A DNA stretch of 16,554 nucleotides from Chthonomonadales bacterium (lineage in GTDB: Bacteria > Armatimonadota > Chthonomonadetes > Chthonomonadales > Chthonomonadaceae). A model generated the notes under the pieces. The model was not told the origin of the DNA. It saw only the letters and a program-made list of their open reading frames with translations, and searched no databases. The position numbers were made by a program, and so were the translations under genes. Of this stretch, positions 1 to 8,605 are shown piece after piece. The stretch lies in contig JBBQPO010000132.1 in the NCBI GenBank assembly GCA_038217285.1, positions 1-16,554 of the forward strand, given 5' to 3'. Position 1 is the stretch's first letter, and each line of letters begins with the position of its first letter.

Positions 1-141
1 TGGCAGACATTGAGCATTCGTTGTTGGGAATGCGCAAACAACTGGTGAATGATCAGGAGGTGATGTATGGTTTCCTGGAAGCATCGGAATTGTTTCCCGA
101 AAAGTAGGGACGCTCGTTAATACAATAACTGAATGTCAATA
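1..141 (+). mobile_element. Right end of a probable IS630-family insertion sequence (transposase C-terminus 3..107, then a short end finishing in CAATA, with a TA target)
   Basis: The frame from base 3 reads ADIEHSLLGMRKQLVNDQEVMYGFLEASELFPEK* (TAG 105-107), resembling IS630 transposase C-termini. An AT-rich end (ATACAATAACTGAATGTCAATA) stops at a TA (140-141), where a start-less PEP-CTERM coding frame begins. The left end lies outside the window. Confidence 0.55.
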
Positions 142-755
142 ATGCAAACATTCTGCAGATCAATCCCGACGGAACCTTCAATCAAAACCTCCTGGCCTAC
201 GGTAATGCGACGGGCATCATTCCCAATCCCAACAATGGTCACCTGTTCGTCAGCAACGGCTCCAGTATCATCGATGTGGACCCAATCGCCAAGACCTCCG
301 TTCTTTTCAATAACGCTGGTGCGGATGGACTGAGCACCGATGGGACGGTCCTCTATGCCGCCGTCAACATCAACTCTATCGTGGGCTACAATATCCTGAC
401 AAAAGTGCAGACTTTCAACTCCGGGTTTATCAACTCGGCAGACGGCTCCGCCCTCGGCTTCGGAACTCTCTCCGGAAATATCTTCGCCAATACCAACGAC
501 GGACGTCTGGTGGAAATCAACCTTACGACCTCAGTGCAGACAGTCATTGCGACGGGCGGCACCCGCGGAGACTTCGTGACGGTAGACCCCAACGGGACCC
601 TGCTCATCACCCAGTCCAATAGCATTGTCCGTCTCACGCCCGCCTCCGGCGGAGCGTTTGCCTCTACTCCCGAACCCGGCACGGTCGGCCTTTTCTTCTC
701 CGCAGGACTCTCCGGCGTAGGACTGCTCCTGCGCCGACGCCGCGCCCGTAAGTAA
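141..755 (+). pseudogene. PEP-CTERM sorting-domain surface protein (beta-propeller-like), 5' part missing or interrupted
   Basis: The C-terminus TPEPGTVGLFFSAGLSGVGLLLRRRRARK has the PEP motif, a TM helix and a basic tail. The frame continues upstream of the track's GTG at 276 (NANILQINPDGTFNQNLLAYGNATGIIPNPNNGHLFVSNG...) to a TAA at 126-128, with no signal peptide or plausible start. Confidence 0.8.
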
Positions 756-806
756 GAAGCGTTCGTTCTCCTACTAGAGAAGACGTCTGATCTCTTATAC
801 ACCGAA

Positions 807-840
807 TCGCCCCTATGCAGGACTGGCTGCATAGGGGCGA
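807..840. terminator. Perfect 14-bp stem hairpin between convergent genes, probable terminator
   Basis: TCGCCCCTATGCAG-gactgg-CTGCATAGGGGCGA, downstream of both the PEP-CTERM gene (+) and the TPR operon (-). U-tracts are weak. Confidence 0.6.
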
Positions 841-919
841 AACTATTGACCAGCGACGTTTCGTTCCGGCCTGTTGTGATCCCAAGCGAATTGAATCTTT
901 GTGCTGCCTCTCGTAGAGG

Positions 920-1185
920 CTTATCTTGTCCCGTAGGGAGATGTGACAAAGAACGACCGCCTCGCGCTTTGCTCCCCGCCCCTCAAGGAGCGGTCTGAGG
1001 CGGTAAGCCCCCTAAAGGGGGCTGGGTCGGATGTGAGCAGAGACGATTGCGCAAGGAAACAGGGTGTCAGCCATCCCTGGTAGAGAGATTTGCTGTCCAT
1101 TTCAACCCTCGCAGGCCCATTTATGGGCCTTAACTTCCCCAACAGGCCGCTCCTTTAGGGGCGGCGGCTTAAGGGACAAGATAAG
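920..1185. mobile_element. 266-bp MITE-like non-autonomous element with 13-bp TIRs and a 9-bp target-site duplication
   Basis: CTTATCTTGTCCC (920-932) and GGGACAAGATAAG (1173-1185) are perfect inverted repeats. TCGTAGAGG is directly repeated at 911-919 and 1186-1194. No credible transposase ORF inside. Confidence 0.9.
976..1164. repeat. Two inverted REP-like palindrome doublets inside the MITE
   Basis: Four 18-nt palindromes: CCGCCCCTCAAGGAGCGG (976-993), AGCCCCCTAAAGGGGGCT (1006-1023), AGGCCCATTTATGGGCCT (1113-1130), CCGCTCCTTTAGGGGCGG (1147-1164). The outer two are reverse complements with one mismatch. Confidence 0.8.
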
Positions 1186-1207
1186 TCGTAGAGGAGGGCA
1201 GGGGTCG

Positions 1208-2476
1208 CTACTGGAAATCGGGGCCATCATGGGGGGAGAGAGCGGTTTCGACCTCTTTGTTTAACTTTTGCCATGCTGTCTCTTTGCGGCCAAGGGGGCC
1301 AACAGCGTTCAGGGTGGCCCGCGCTGCGCCGTACTGGTGATAACGCAGACAGAGGCGCACCAGCGCATAGCGGCTCTCGCGATCTTGAGGGTTCGCCTTT
1401 ATTGCGCCCTTCAGCCGTGCCGAACTGCGGATGTACTCCTGATAGGCCTGGTACTGGTTCAGAGCGCTGCGCCCCTCGTCCGAATGGCCTGCGCGCAGTA
1501 AGGAGTGTCCGAGACTATAGAGCAGTGGGCCGGGATCGGGGGCGCTCTGCATGGCGAGCCGCAGTTCACCGGTGGCCTCTTCCCAATGCTGACCCCGCAT
1601 GAGAGCTCGCCCCAGCGAGGCATGAACCTCCGAGTCGTGGGGTTTCAGAGCCAGGGCCTTCTTATAGGCGGTGATGGCCTCGGTCAGACGCGCCCCGTTG
1701 TTCAGATCCCCGTAGATATGACCGAGCAGCGCCCAGTAGTCTCCGTTGTCCGCATCGGACTGCAGGGCGCGTTGCAGAGCGCGCTCTGCGTTCGCGGCAT
1801 CGGCCTGTCGATAGTACATTCTGGCTAGCAGATAGTATCCCGGCGCGGGATCGGACGCTCGCTTCAGATACTCCTGGATCGCCGCCTGACTCTGCGCCGC
1901 CGTACCGTGACTGCTGTAGACGCGCGCAAGCAGCAGATAGGCGGCGGCGTTGTTGGGATCCACTTTTAAGGCGGCCCGCGCATAGCGCTCCGCCTCTGCA
2001 GAGCGGTCGAGGCGAAAGCAGGCCAGAGCCGCCAGCACCTGTATCTCGGCACGTCCTTGCTCTCTCGCCGCCGCCGCCAGCAGGGGGGCTGCCGCCTCTT
2101 CCGGATGTCCGAGATTCAAGTAGAGCGACCCTAACTGATAAGAGGCTTCCGCCGACGCGGGAAAATGCGCGTGTATCGCTTTCAACTCCTGTTCCGCCTG
2201 TGGGACAGCGTCGTGGTCACGATCAAAGAGCGCCAGACGTAAGGCCGCATCGGGATCCTCAGGAGCGAGTTCCGCCTGAACGGCAAGGCGAGCCCGAGTC
2301 TCCTCGGCGCTATGGGAAGGGAGCGCGTTCCCCGGTGCCGTGGAGGGTGGGGAAGAGGGCGGCGAAACGGCGTTGGGTGTCCGACAGCCGGAGCCGACCA
2401 GAACGGGAAATGCGATCAAGCCGAGAAGGAATGCCTTCTCGGTGCCCCAAAAGCGCTGATAACAGAATCGCAGCAT
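1208..2476 (-). CDS. Tetratricopeptide repeat protein, probable lipoprotein
   Basis: 422 aa with many TPR-like units (AAYLLLARVY, YWALLGHIYG...AYKKALALKPHD, HASLGRAL). A hydrophobic N-region ends in GSGC, followed by a Pro/Ser linker. Starts 3 nt after the upstream stop. Confidence 0.88.
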   Translation of the reverse strand: MLRFCYQRFWGTEKAFLLGLIAFPVLVGSGCRTPNAVSPPSSPPSTAPGNALPSHSAEETRARLAVQAELAPEDPDAALRLALFDRDHDAVPQAEQELKAIHAHFPASAEASYQLGSLYLNLGHPEEAAAPLLAAAAREQGRAEIQVLAALACFRLDRSAEAERYARAALKVDPNNAAAYLLLARVYSSHGTAAQSQAAIQEYLKRASDPAPGYYLLARMYYRQADAANAERALQRALQSDADNGDYWALLGHIYGDLNNGARLTEAITAYKKALALKPHDSEVHASLGRALMRGQHWEEATGELRLAMQSAPDPGPLLYSLGHSLLRAGHSDEGRSALNQYQAYQEYIRSSARLKGAIKANPQDRESRYALVRLCLRYHQYGAARATLNAVGPLGRKETAWQKLNKEVETALSPHDGPDFQ

Positions 2477-2479
2477 CGG

Positions 2480-4285
2480 TCACTCCCCGACTTTCGACAT
2501 ACCCTCGCGGGCGATCAAGACTCTGTCAGGTTTCAGGTGTGTGTAACGGTCTACCTGACCCGAAGGCCAGGTGATTGTCAGCCGATCGACGTTCGTGGCG
2601 GCTCCCAGACCGAAGGTGACGATCTGCTCGGAAGCGGACAGATAACTGGAGCCGCTGGTGACCCAGCGCGTCTGTTTCAGGGCGCCTGCCTCCAGCACCA
2701 GCTTCGCGCCGATCCCGTCCCGATTGCTCTTCACACCGACTGTCTTGACCCGCAGCCAGTGGTTGCGGTTCCCGCCGTCATTGCGCAGGAGGCGCGGCGC
2801 TCCGTCGTTCGCGGTCAGGAGAACGTCCAGATCTCCATCTCCATCGATGTCCGCATAGGCTGCGCCTCGGGCGACAAGAGGCCGTATCAGGTCTGCACCG
2901 TGGCTCGCACTCACCTCTTCGAAACGTGCGCCTGTGTTATGGAAGAGCAGGGGGGCTTCCGCATAGGTCAGATCCGGATGGAAGCGCGCCACCTCTGCAT
3001 ACAAGTGGCCATTCGCCACCAGCGCATCCAGATGCCCGTCCAGATCATAGTCGAAGAAAAAGAGGCCCCAGCCCATCCGCTGCAGGCTCGGCGCGTGAAT
3101 GCCCCAATCGGCGCCTGCATCGCGAAAGAGGCTGTTGCCCTGGTTCTGAAACAGGGAGAAGCCTTCCCCGCTGAAACTGCTGATCAGCAGGCTGGGACGG
3201 CCGCTGTTATCGATGTCCCCAGCGTCGATGCCCATGCCTGCGCGAGGCGTTCCGGTATCCGCCAACGCGACGCCTGCGGCGAGACCGACTTCCTTGAACG
3301 TGCCGTTATGCTCGTTATGCAACAGGCAGTTCGGCTCCGTATCGTTCGCGAGAACGATGTCCGGCCATCCGTCGTCGTCGTAGTCGAGGATCGTGATCCC
3401 CAACGTCTTTCCCGGCAGATGGGTCAGCCCGGCGCTGCGGGTCACATCGCGGAAGCGCCCATGGCCCTCGTTATGATAGAGCCGCGAGGGCTCTCCGCCA
3501 TAGACTGTCGGCGTACAGTACGTCTTTTTACCATCCTTATCCTTGCAGGCGACATCGGTTGCGGGCGTCCATTTGCAGTAGTTTCCGACGATCAGATCGA
3601 GTTTACCGTCCCGGTCGTAATCGACCCAGGCGCAGGAGGTTCCCCAGTGTCCGGCGTTTTCGACGCCCGCCTGTTGGGTCACCTCCTTAAAATGGCCGTT
3701 CCCCTCGTTATGAAACAGATGCGACGGCCCCAGCGCGCAGGTGATGTAGAGATCCTCCCGGCCATCGTTGTCGTAGTCGCCGACCGCCACACCCATCGCG
3801 TGCATCTCGATTTCCAGACCGCTGCCACGCGTCACATCCGTGAATTTACCATTGCCGTCGTTATGGTAGAGAGCCACGCGTGTATGTTGGCGTCCTGCCT
3901 TCACTTCCGGCCAGTCCGCACCGTTCAGCAGCAGAATATCGGGCCGCCCATCCCCATCGAAATCGACGAACGCGCATCCCGGCGACTCGCTCTCCGGCAT
4001 ATACTTCCTTCCACGCGCCCCGCTGAAATGGCTCCAGTGGATGCCAGCCTGCGCAGTAATGTCCGTAAAGAGAACATGGTCTGCAACGTCGGCTCCGAGG
4101 TTCGCCCCTGCAGGCGGCATAATCCTCGGAGCGGAAGCAGGTTGGTCAGGTCTGGGAATGGAAGCGGGTTGGCCAGGCCCCTGGGTTGGTGGCTTACGAT
4201 TGCGCGAAAAGCAGCCGACCGCCAGGAGCGCCATCGATAGGATCAGCCATGTCGAAAGTCTGCCGAAGAAGGGAGCCCGTCTCAC
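2480..4285 (-). CDS. CRTAC1-family protein (FG-GAP/VCBS repeats with C-terminal ASPIC/UnbV domain), probable lipoprotein
   Basis: 601 aa with repeated DxDxDGxxDL motifs (DFDGDGRPDI, DYDNDGREDL, DYDRDGKLDL, DIDGDGDLDV) and an ASPIC/UnbV signature (NRDGIGAKL...GSSYLSAS...FGLG...ITWPSG). Lipobox-like LAVGC. GTG overlaps the upstream TGA. Confidence 0.92.
   Translation of the reverse strand: MRRAPFFGRLSTWLILSMALLAVGCFSRNRKPPTQGPGQPASIPRPDQPASAPRIMPPAGANLGADVADHVLFTDITAQAGIHWSHFSGARGRKYMPESESPGCAFVDFDGDGRPDILLLNGADWPEVKAGRQHTRVALYHNDGNGKFTDVTRGSGLEIEMHAMGVAVGDYDNDGREDLYITCALGPSHLFHNEGNGHFKEVTQQAGVENAGHWGTSCAWVDYDRDGKLDLIVGNYCKWTPATDVACKDKDGKKTYCTPTVYGGEPSRLYHNEGHGRFRDVTRSAGLTHLPGKTLGITILDYDDDGWPDIVLANDTEPNCLLHNEHNGTFKEVGLAAGVALADTGTPRAGMGIDAGDIDNSGRPSLLISSFSGEGFSLFQNQGNSLFRDAGADWGIHAPSLQRMGWGLFFFDYDLDGHLDALVANGHLYAEVARFHPDLTYAEAPLLFHNTGARFEEVSASHGADLIRPLVARGAAYADIDGDGDLDVLLTANDGAPRLLRNDGGNRNHWLRVKTVGVKSNRDGIGAKLVLEAGALKQTRWVTSGSSYLSASEQIVTFGLGAATNVDRLTITWPSGQVDRYTHLKPDRVLIAREGMSKVGE
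3587..3841. repeat. 255-bp direct repeat, copy 1 (within a CRTAC1 gene)
   Basis: Aligns without gaps to 6653-6907, with 11 mismatches by manual count. Confidence 0.9.
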
Positions 4286-5553
4286 GGGGTGCGCGCCTTG
4301 TCGGCCTGCAGGCGCGCCAGCAGGCTCCGCGCCTGTTCCTGATTCGGATCCAGTTCCAATGTCTTCACGAGTTCTACCACGGCGCGGTTGACATCGCGAT
4401 CTACAAGATATATTTGTGCCATCTGCCAGTGGGCCACTGCGCTGCGGGGCTGATTAGCCACCAGATACCCGGCGCGGGTGCGCTCCTGGGACTTGATATT
4501 GGCGCTCTTCGCTTCCGCCAGGATCCGCTGCCCTTCCGCAGCACGATGAGACTGCATATAGAGTGTTCCCAGAATTTGACGCGTCCGCTCAAAATCCGGG
4601 CTGTGCCCAAGCACCAACTCAAGTTCCCCTATCGCTTTCTCCAACTGGTTCTGCCGCTGATAACAGAGCCCACGGTAGTAGTGCGCGCCTATATCGCCTG
4701 GGTTGAGGGCGAGCGCCCGATCAAACGACTGTAAAGCCTCCGGATAGGCGTTCAGATGGTAGTAGCTCTGTCCAACCTCATCGATCAGCGCCACGTTTTG
4801 GGGCAAAAGCGTTAAAGCGTCGCGCCCGACGGCAGCCGCCTCGGAATAGCGATTATTGGTATTGTAGAGATGGACGAGAGGGGTCCAGAGGGCGGCATCC
4901 TGGGGCGCGATCTGCCGAACCTCAAGCAGAAGGCGTTCTCCTTCCTTGTACCGGTTCTGCTGCAGATACGCGAGAGCCAGGGCGACCTTGATCTGTGGAT
5001 TTTGTGGGTTGGCCCGAACGGCAGGCTCCAGGATACCGTCCGCCTCCTGCGGCCAGCCGAACATAATATAGAGATAACTCAGTCCCACACTCGCCTGTAG
5101 ATTGTCGGGCTGTCGAGCGAGCGCCGTTTTATAGGCCCGGATGGCGGCGTCGTAGTGGTGCGCATGCTGCTGAATGTCGGCCAGCAGCAGTAGAGCCGCC
5201 GTGTCTTTCTGCTGAAGCCCGGCAGCAGTCTCGGCCTGCTGTACGGCGTCCTCCATGCGCCCGACGCTATGGTACTGCGCGGCCAGGCGCAGGTGCGCGG
5301 CGGCATCACCGGGACTACGAGCCACGTCGTCCTGCGCTTTCGTAAGCGCTCCACGCAGATCCACCAGGCGATGCTCTTCCTTCTGCCGCGCTTCTGTTTC
5401 CTTGTTTAAACGGGCCAGTTCTGCGGCCATGTGTCTCCGCCACGGCAGCAGCGCGAGGTAGATCGTTGCCATTGCAATCAGGCTCACCAGGAGCAGTTTC
5501 CGGCGTCTGGTCGGCAAAGGAGGGGAGGGATGAGGTGATCTAGTTCTACTCAA
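4282..5553 (-). CDS. Tetratricopeptide repeat protein with N-terminal membrane anchor and coiled coil
   Basis: TPR units throughout, an RRRK + hydrophobic stretch (LLLVSLIAMATIYLALLPW), then a charged helical segment. The start is uncertain: TTG at 5553 overlapping the upstream stop is preferred to the track's GTG at 5592. Confidence 0.85.
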   Translation of the reverse strand: MSRTRSPHPSPPLPTRRRKLLLVSLIAMATIYLALLPWRRHMAAELARLNKETEARQKEEHRLVDLRGALTKAQDDVARSPGDAAAHLRLAAQYHSVGRMEDAVQQAETAAGLQQKDTAALLLLADIQQHAHHYDAAIRAYKTALARQPDNLQASVGLSYLYIMFGWPQEADGILEPAVRANPQNPQIKVALALAYLQQNRYKEGERLLLEVRQIAPQDAALWTPLVHLYNTNNRYSEAAAVGRDALTLLPQNVALIDEVGQSYYHLNAYPEALQSFDRALALNPGDIGAHYYRGLCYQRQNQLEKAIGELELVLGHSPDFERTRQILGTLYMQSHRAAEGQRILAEAKSANIKSQERTRAGYLVANQPRSAVAHWQMAQIYLVDRDVNRAVVELVKTLELDPNQEQARSLLARLQADKARTP

Positions 5554-7351
5554 ATCTGCCCGCACCTTCGTGAATCTTCCAGATATGGTCACAAGCGACT
5601 GCAGCCACTCTGTCCACGGTGCCGGACGGCCAGTGTATCTCCACCTCCGCTTGCGTCTGCGTTCCCAGTCCGAAATGCGGGCGCAAATCGCTTTGCGAGA
5701 GATAGCCGGAACCGCTCCGGACTTCGCTCCGCTGTACCCCTGCGGCTGTCTTCACGAGGACCAGCGCTCCAATTCCATCCCGGCAGCTTTTGGTTCCGAT
5801 GAGCTGGAGGGTCAGCCAGTGATTTCCGGGCGGCGTCTCGTTATGCCAGAGATGGGCAGGCCCGTTGTTGGCGGTGATCAGCAGATCGGGGCGTCCGTCA
5901 TTATCGAAATCTCCCCAGGCGCATCCTCTCCCGACGATAGGCTCCGTAAATGGCGCTCCGCTTTTCAGACCGACCTCCTGAAACGTGCCGTCTCCGGAGT
6001 TGTGAAACAGCAGGGTCGGCTGCGCGTAGCGTACCTGCGGCTCCCGCTTCTGAATGTCATCCTGGACATGCCCGTTCACCTGCAGGATGTCCTTATAGCC
6101 GTCGTTGTCGTAATCGACGAACAGCAGGCCGAACCCGAGTACCTTGCCCGTCTCGGTCGCCAGGTGCGCGGTCACTTTATCGTCGCGAAAAACGGCCGAC
6201 CCGATCTGATTGTAGAGCGATGTCTGCTGCCCCTGATAGTTCGAAATGGCCACACTGACGCTCCCATTGTTAAAAATATCGGCGGCGTCGATACCCATCC
6301 CTGAATGGGGATTCCCCTCCTCATCGTACGCCACCCCGCTCTCGACCCCGACCTCTTTGAAGGTGCCGTTGCGCTCGTTATGGAACAGGAAACCCGGCAC
6401 GGTATCGTTCGCGACGAAGATATCCGGCCAGCCATCCACATCATAGTCCGCGATCGCCACACCCAGAGACTTCCCTCGCGCCGCGCCGATGCCGGACGCG
6501 GTCGTGACATCTTTGAACCGCCCGTTCCCCTCATTATGGTAGAGAGTGCAGGTGCTGGTTTCATAAGCCGCTGGGATACAGTAGATTCGCTGATGGTTGC
6601 CCGCGAAGCAGGGCAGATCGGCCGCAAGAGAGGGATATTTAACATAGTTACAGACGATCAGATCGAGTTTGCCGTCGCGGTCGTAATCGACCCAGGCGCA
6701 GGAGGTTCCCCAGTGTCCGGCATTATCGACGCCCGCCTGTTGGGTCAAATCCTTAAAATGGCCGTTCCCCTCGTTATGAAACAGATGCGACGGCCCCAGC
6801 GCGCAGGTGATGTAGAGATCCTCTCGGCCATCGTTGTCGTAGTCGCCGACCGCCACGCCCATCGCGTACATCTCGATGTCCAGTCCGCTGCCACGCGTCA
6901 CATCCGTAAAGGTGCCATCGTGGTTGTTGTGATAGAGGGCGAGGAGGGGATGGCCCGATACCTGACCGCCAGGCAGGCGCGCGTTGTTAAGCAAGACTAT
7001 ATCCTGCCAGCCGTCCCCATCATAATCGAGAAAAGCGCCTCCCGATCCCATCGTCTCGATCATATATTTTTGAGGTGTTCGGGAGTTTTGATGTCGGAAC
7101 GAGATCCCTGCGGATCTGGTTATGTCCCGGAATGCCGCCGTCGCAGCCGACGTTATAGGGTGCTGCGGCACGATGGCAGGGATCGTAGGAACACGAGGAA
7201 CAGTGGGAGTATCGTGCTGACAGCCAGTGCAGAAAAGGCAGAGCGCCAGAAGCAAGAGTGTCCAGAGAAGTCCGCACCGCCGTCTCCAGTGCCGAGATGG
7301 GAGTTTGGCTACCCGGTCATCATAATAGTGGAAGGGAAGGAAACTGTTCAT
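5546..7351 (-). CDS. CRTAC1-family protein (FG-GAP/VCBS repeats with ASPIC/UnbV domain), paralogue of 2480..4285, probable lipoprotein
   Basis: 601 aa with METMGSGGAFLDYDGDG, repeated DxDxDG motifs and GSGYLSQSDLRPHFGLG...IHWPSG. The hydrophobic segment ends in FCTGC. ATGA overlap with the upstream gene. Confidence 0.92.
   Translation of the reverse strand: MNSFLPFHYYDDRVAKLPSRHWRRRCGLLWTLLLLALCLFCTGCQHDTPTVPRVPTIPAIVPQHPITSAATAAFRDITRSAGISFRHQNSRTPQKYMIETMGSGGAFLDYDGDGWQDIVLLNNARLPGGQVSGHPLLALYHNNHDGTFTDVTRGSGLDIEMYAMGVAVGDYDNDGREDLYITCALGPSHLFHNEGNGHFKDLTQQAGVDNAGHWGTSCAWVDYDRDGKLDLIVCNYVKYPSLAADLPCFAGNHQRIYCIPAAYETSTCTLYHNEGNGRFKDVTTASGIGAARGKSLGVAIADYDVDGWPDIFVANDTVPGFLFHNERNGTFKEVGVESGVAYDEEGNPHSGMGIDAADIFNNGSVSVAISNYQGQQTSLYNQIGSAVFRDDKVTAHLATETGKVLGFGLLFVDYDNDGYKDILQVNGHVQDDIQKREPQVRYAQPTLLFHNSGDGTFQEVGLKSGAPFTEPIVGRGCAWGDFDNDGRPDLLITANNGPAHLWHNETPPGNHWLTLQLIGTKSCRDGIGALVLVKTAAGVQRSEVRSGSGYLSQSDLRPHFGLGTQTQAEVEIHWPSGTVDRVAAVACDHIWKIHEGAGRFE
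6653..6907. repeat. 255-bp direct repeat, copy 2 (within the other CRTAC1 gene)
   Basis: Aligns without gaps to 3587-3841, with 11 mismatches by manual count. Confidence 0.9.
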
Positions 7352-8598
7352 GGTCGGCTGTGGGCGAGGGTTACGGCACGCGCCTCCGTACTACGTCCGG
7401 CGTGGGCTAACACGACCGCGAGATCCTTCCGCGCCGCCGTATGGGCTGGCTGAAGCTGGAGGACACGCCGGAACTCCACAATCGCCTGCGGAAGTTCGTC
7501 GGCCGCCTGGTGAGCGCGGGCAAGGCGATAATGAAGGCCGGCATCGTCGGGGCGTGTCTCCAGGCGTTTCAAGAGAGTTTCGAAGTCGGAGGTGTTCGCG
7601 TCCATCCGCGCAAATAGTTTCAGTAGTCTCCGACCTTCCTCTGCCCTTCCCTGCCGTAGGTAGAGGCTTCCAAGCTGCCAGGTGACATTGCTATACTGTG
7701 GGTCGATGGCCGCCGCCTTCTCAAACTGCCGTGTCTCTTCGGGCAGATCGTGCTTTTGCTGGGCGAGAAGCCCGAGTTGGCAGGCCACTTCCGCGTTGTC
7801 CGGCGCCTCCTGTTGGAGTGTACGCAGAATGCCGGTCGCTTCCGCTGTCTTACTCTGTCCGAGGAGGGCCTGAACGAGGGCGAGGCGGTTTTCCTTGCTC
7901 TGCGCATCCTTTTTCAGCATGCGACGCAGTTTCTCCTCCGCGTCTCGCCACCGCAGTGATTTTAACAACAGACTGGCATGCAGATTCGCCAGACCCAGAT
8001 TGGTCGGTTCCAGCCGCTCCGCTGTTTCGATAGCGGGCAGTCCGGCAGCCGGATCGCTGGAACGATAGGCGAGCAACGCGCGCGCGACGAAACACCGAGG
8101 ATTGCGCGGGGCACGAACGAGGGCCTTACGGCTGGCCGCTTCCGCCTCCCGTTTCCAGCCAAGATCGAGATAGATGTGAAAAAGCTTGAGCCACGGGGCC
8201 GGATCGTCCGACGCGACGACAGTCCACTGCTGCAGCGCCGCTATCTCTTTGTCCAGATAGTCGGCAACGCGAAATATCTCCGCCTGGAGCGGCAGCACAA
8301 CCTGGTGTGGAACCGAATGCTTTTCGGCCAGAACACTCAAGCGATAGGCGCCGGTAAGATCCTTTGCCTGCAGAGCCGCATACGCGGCGGTCAGCCGTGT
8401 ATCGCGCGCGGCAGGAATTTCCAACGATTTGAGAAGTTGGTTCGCGCGGTTGCGGCCGGTGACTTCGTGGGGCGGCGCTCCGCCGAAGAGAGGCAGCAGC
8501 AGAAGAAAGGTGACGATAACAAGCGCCCCACGCCCGGACGGCTTTGAGCGGTCCGGGCATGAGGCGGAAGGTCGGAGGAACGGAGCACGCGTTCCCAT
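7348..8598 (-). CDS. Tetratricopeptide repeat protein with N-terminal signal/TM segment
   Basis: TPR units (PWLKLFHIY, VACQLGLLA...FEKAAAIDP, LHYRLARAH...FRRVLQLQP) and a hydrophobic ALVIVTFLLLLPLF segment. Start placed at ATG 8598 because the track's start at 8637 lies inside the upstream small gene. Confidence 0.85.
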   Translation of the reverse strand: MGTRAPFLRPSASCPDRSKPSGRGALVIVTFLLLLPLFGGAPPHEVTGRNRANQLLKSLEIPAARDTRLTAAYAALQAKDLTGAYRLSVLAEKHSVPHQVVLPLQAEIFRVADYLDKEIAALQQWTVVASDDPAPWLKLFHIYLDLGWKREAEAASRKALVRAPRNPRCFVARALLAYRSSDPAAGLPAIETAERLEPTNLGLANLHASLLLKSLRWRDAEEKLRRMLKKDAQSKENRLALVQALLGQSKTAEATGILRTLQQEAPDNAEVACQLGLLAQQKHDLPEETRQFEKAAAIDPQYSNVTWQLGSLYLRQGRAEEGRRLLKLFARMDANTSDFETLLKRLETRPDDAGLHYRLARAHQAADELPQAIVEFRRVLQLQPAHTAARKDLAVVLAHAGRSTEARAVTLAHSRP

Positions 8599-8605
8599 GG
8601 CAGCC

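Noticed and set aside
787-802. CTGATCTCTTATACAC resembles the Tn5 mosaic end/Nextera adapter (12-nt match TCTCTTATACAC)
   Set aside because: Only a partial match, with no partner end or TSD; consistent with chance.
976-1164. Palindromic repeats read as a mini CRISPR array
   Set aside because: The units are inverted, non-identical and irregularly spaced, and there are no cas genes.
2312-7453. Long plus-strand ORFs (642, 382, 244 aa) opposite the CRTAC1 genes
   Set aside because: Antisense shadow frames of GC-rich genes with biased codon use; the minus-strand frames carry the recognisable motifs.
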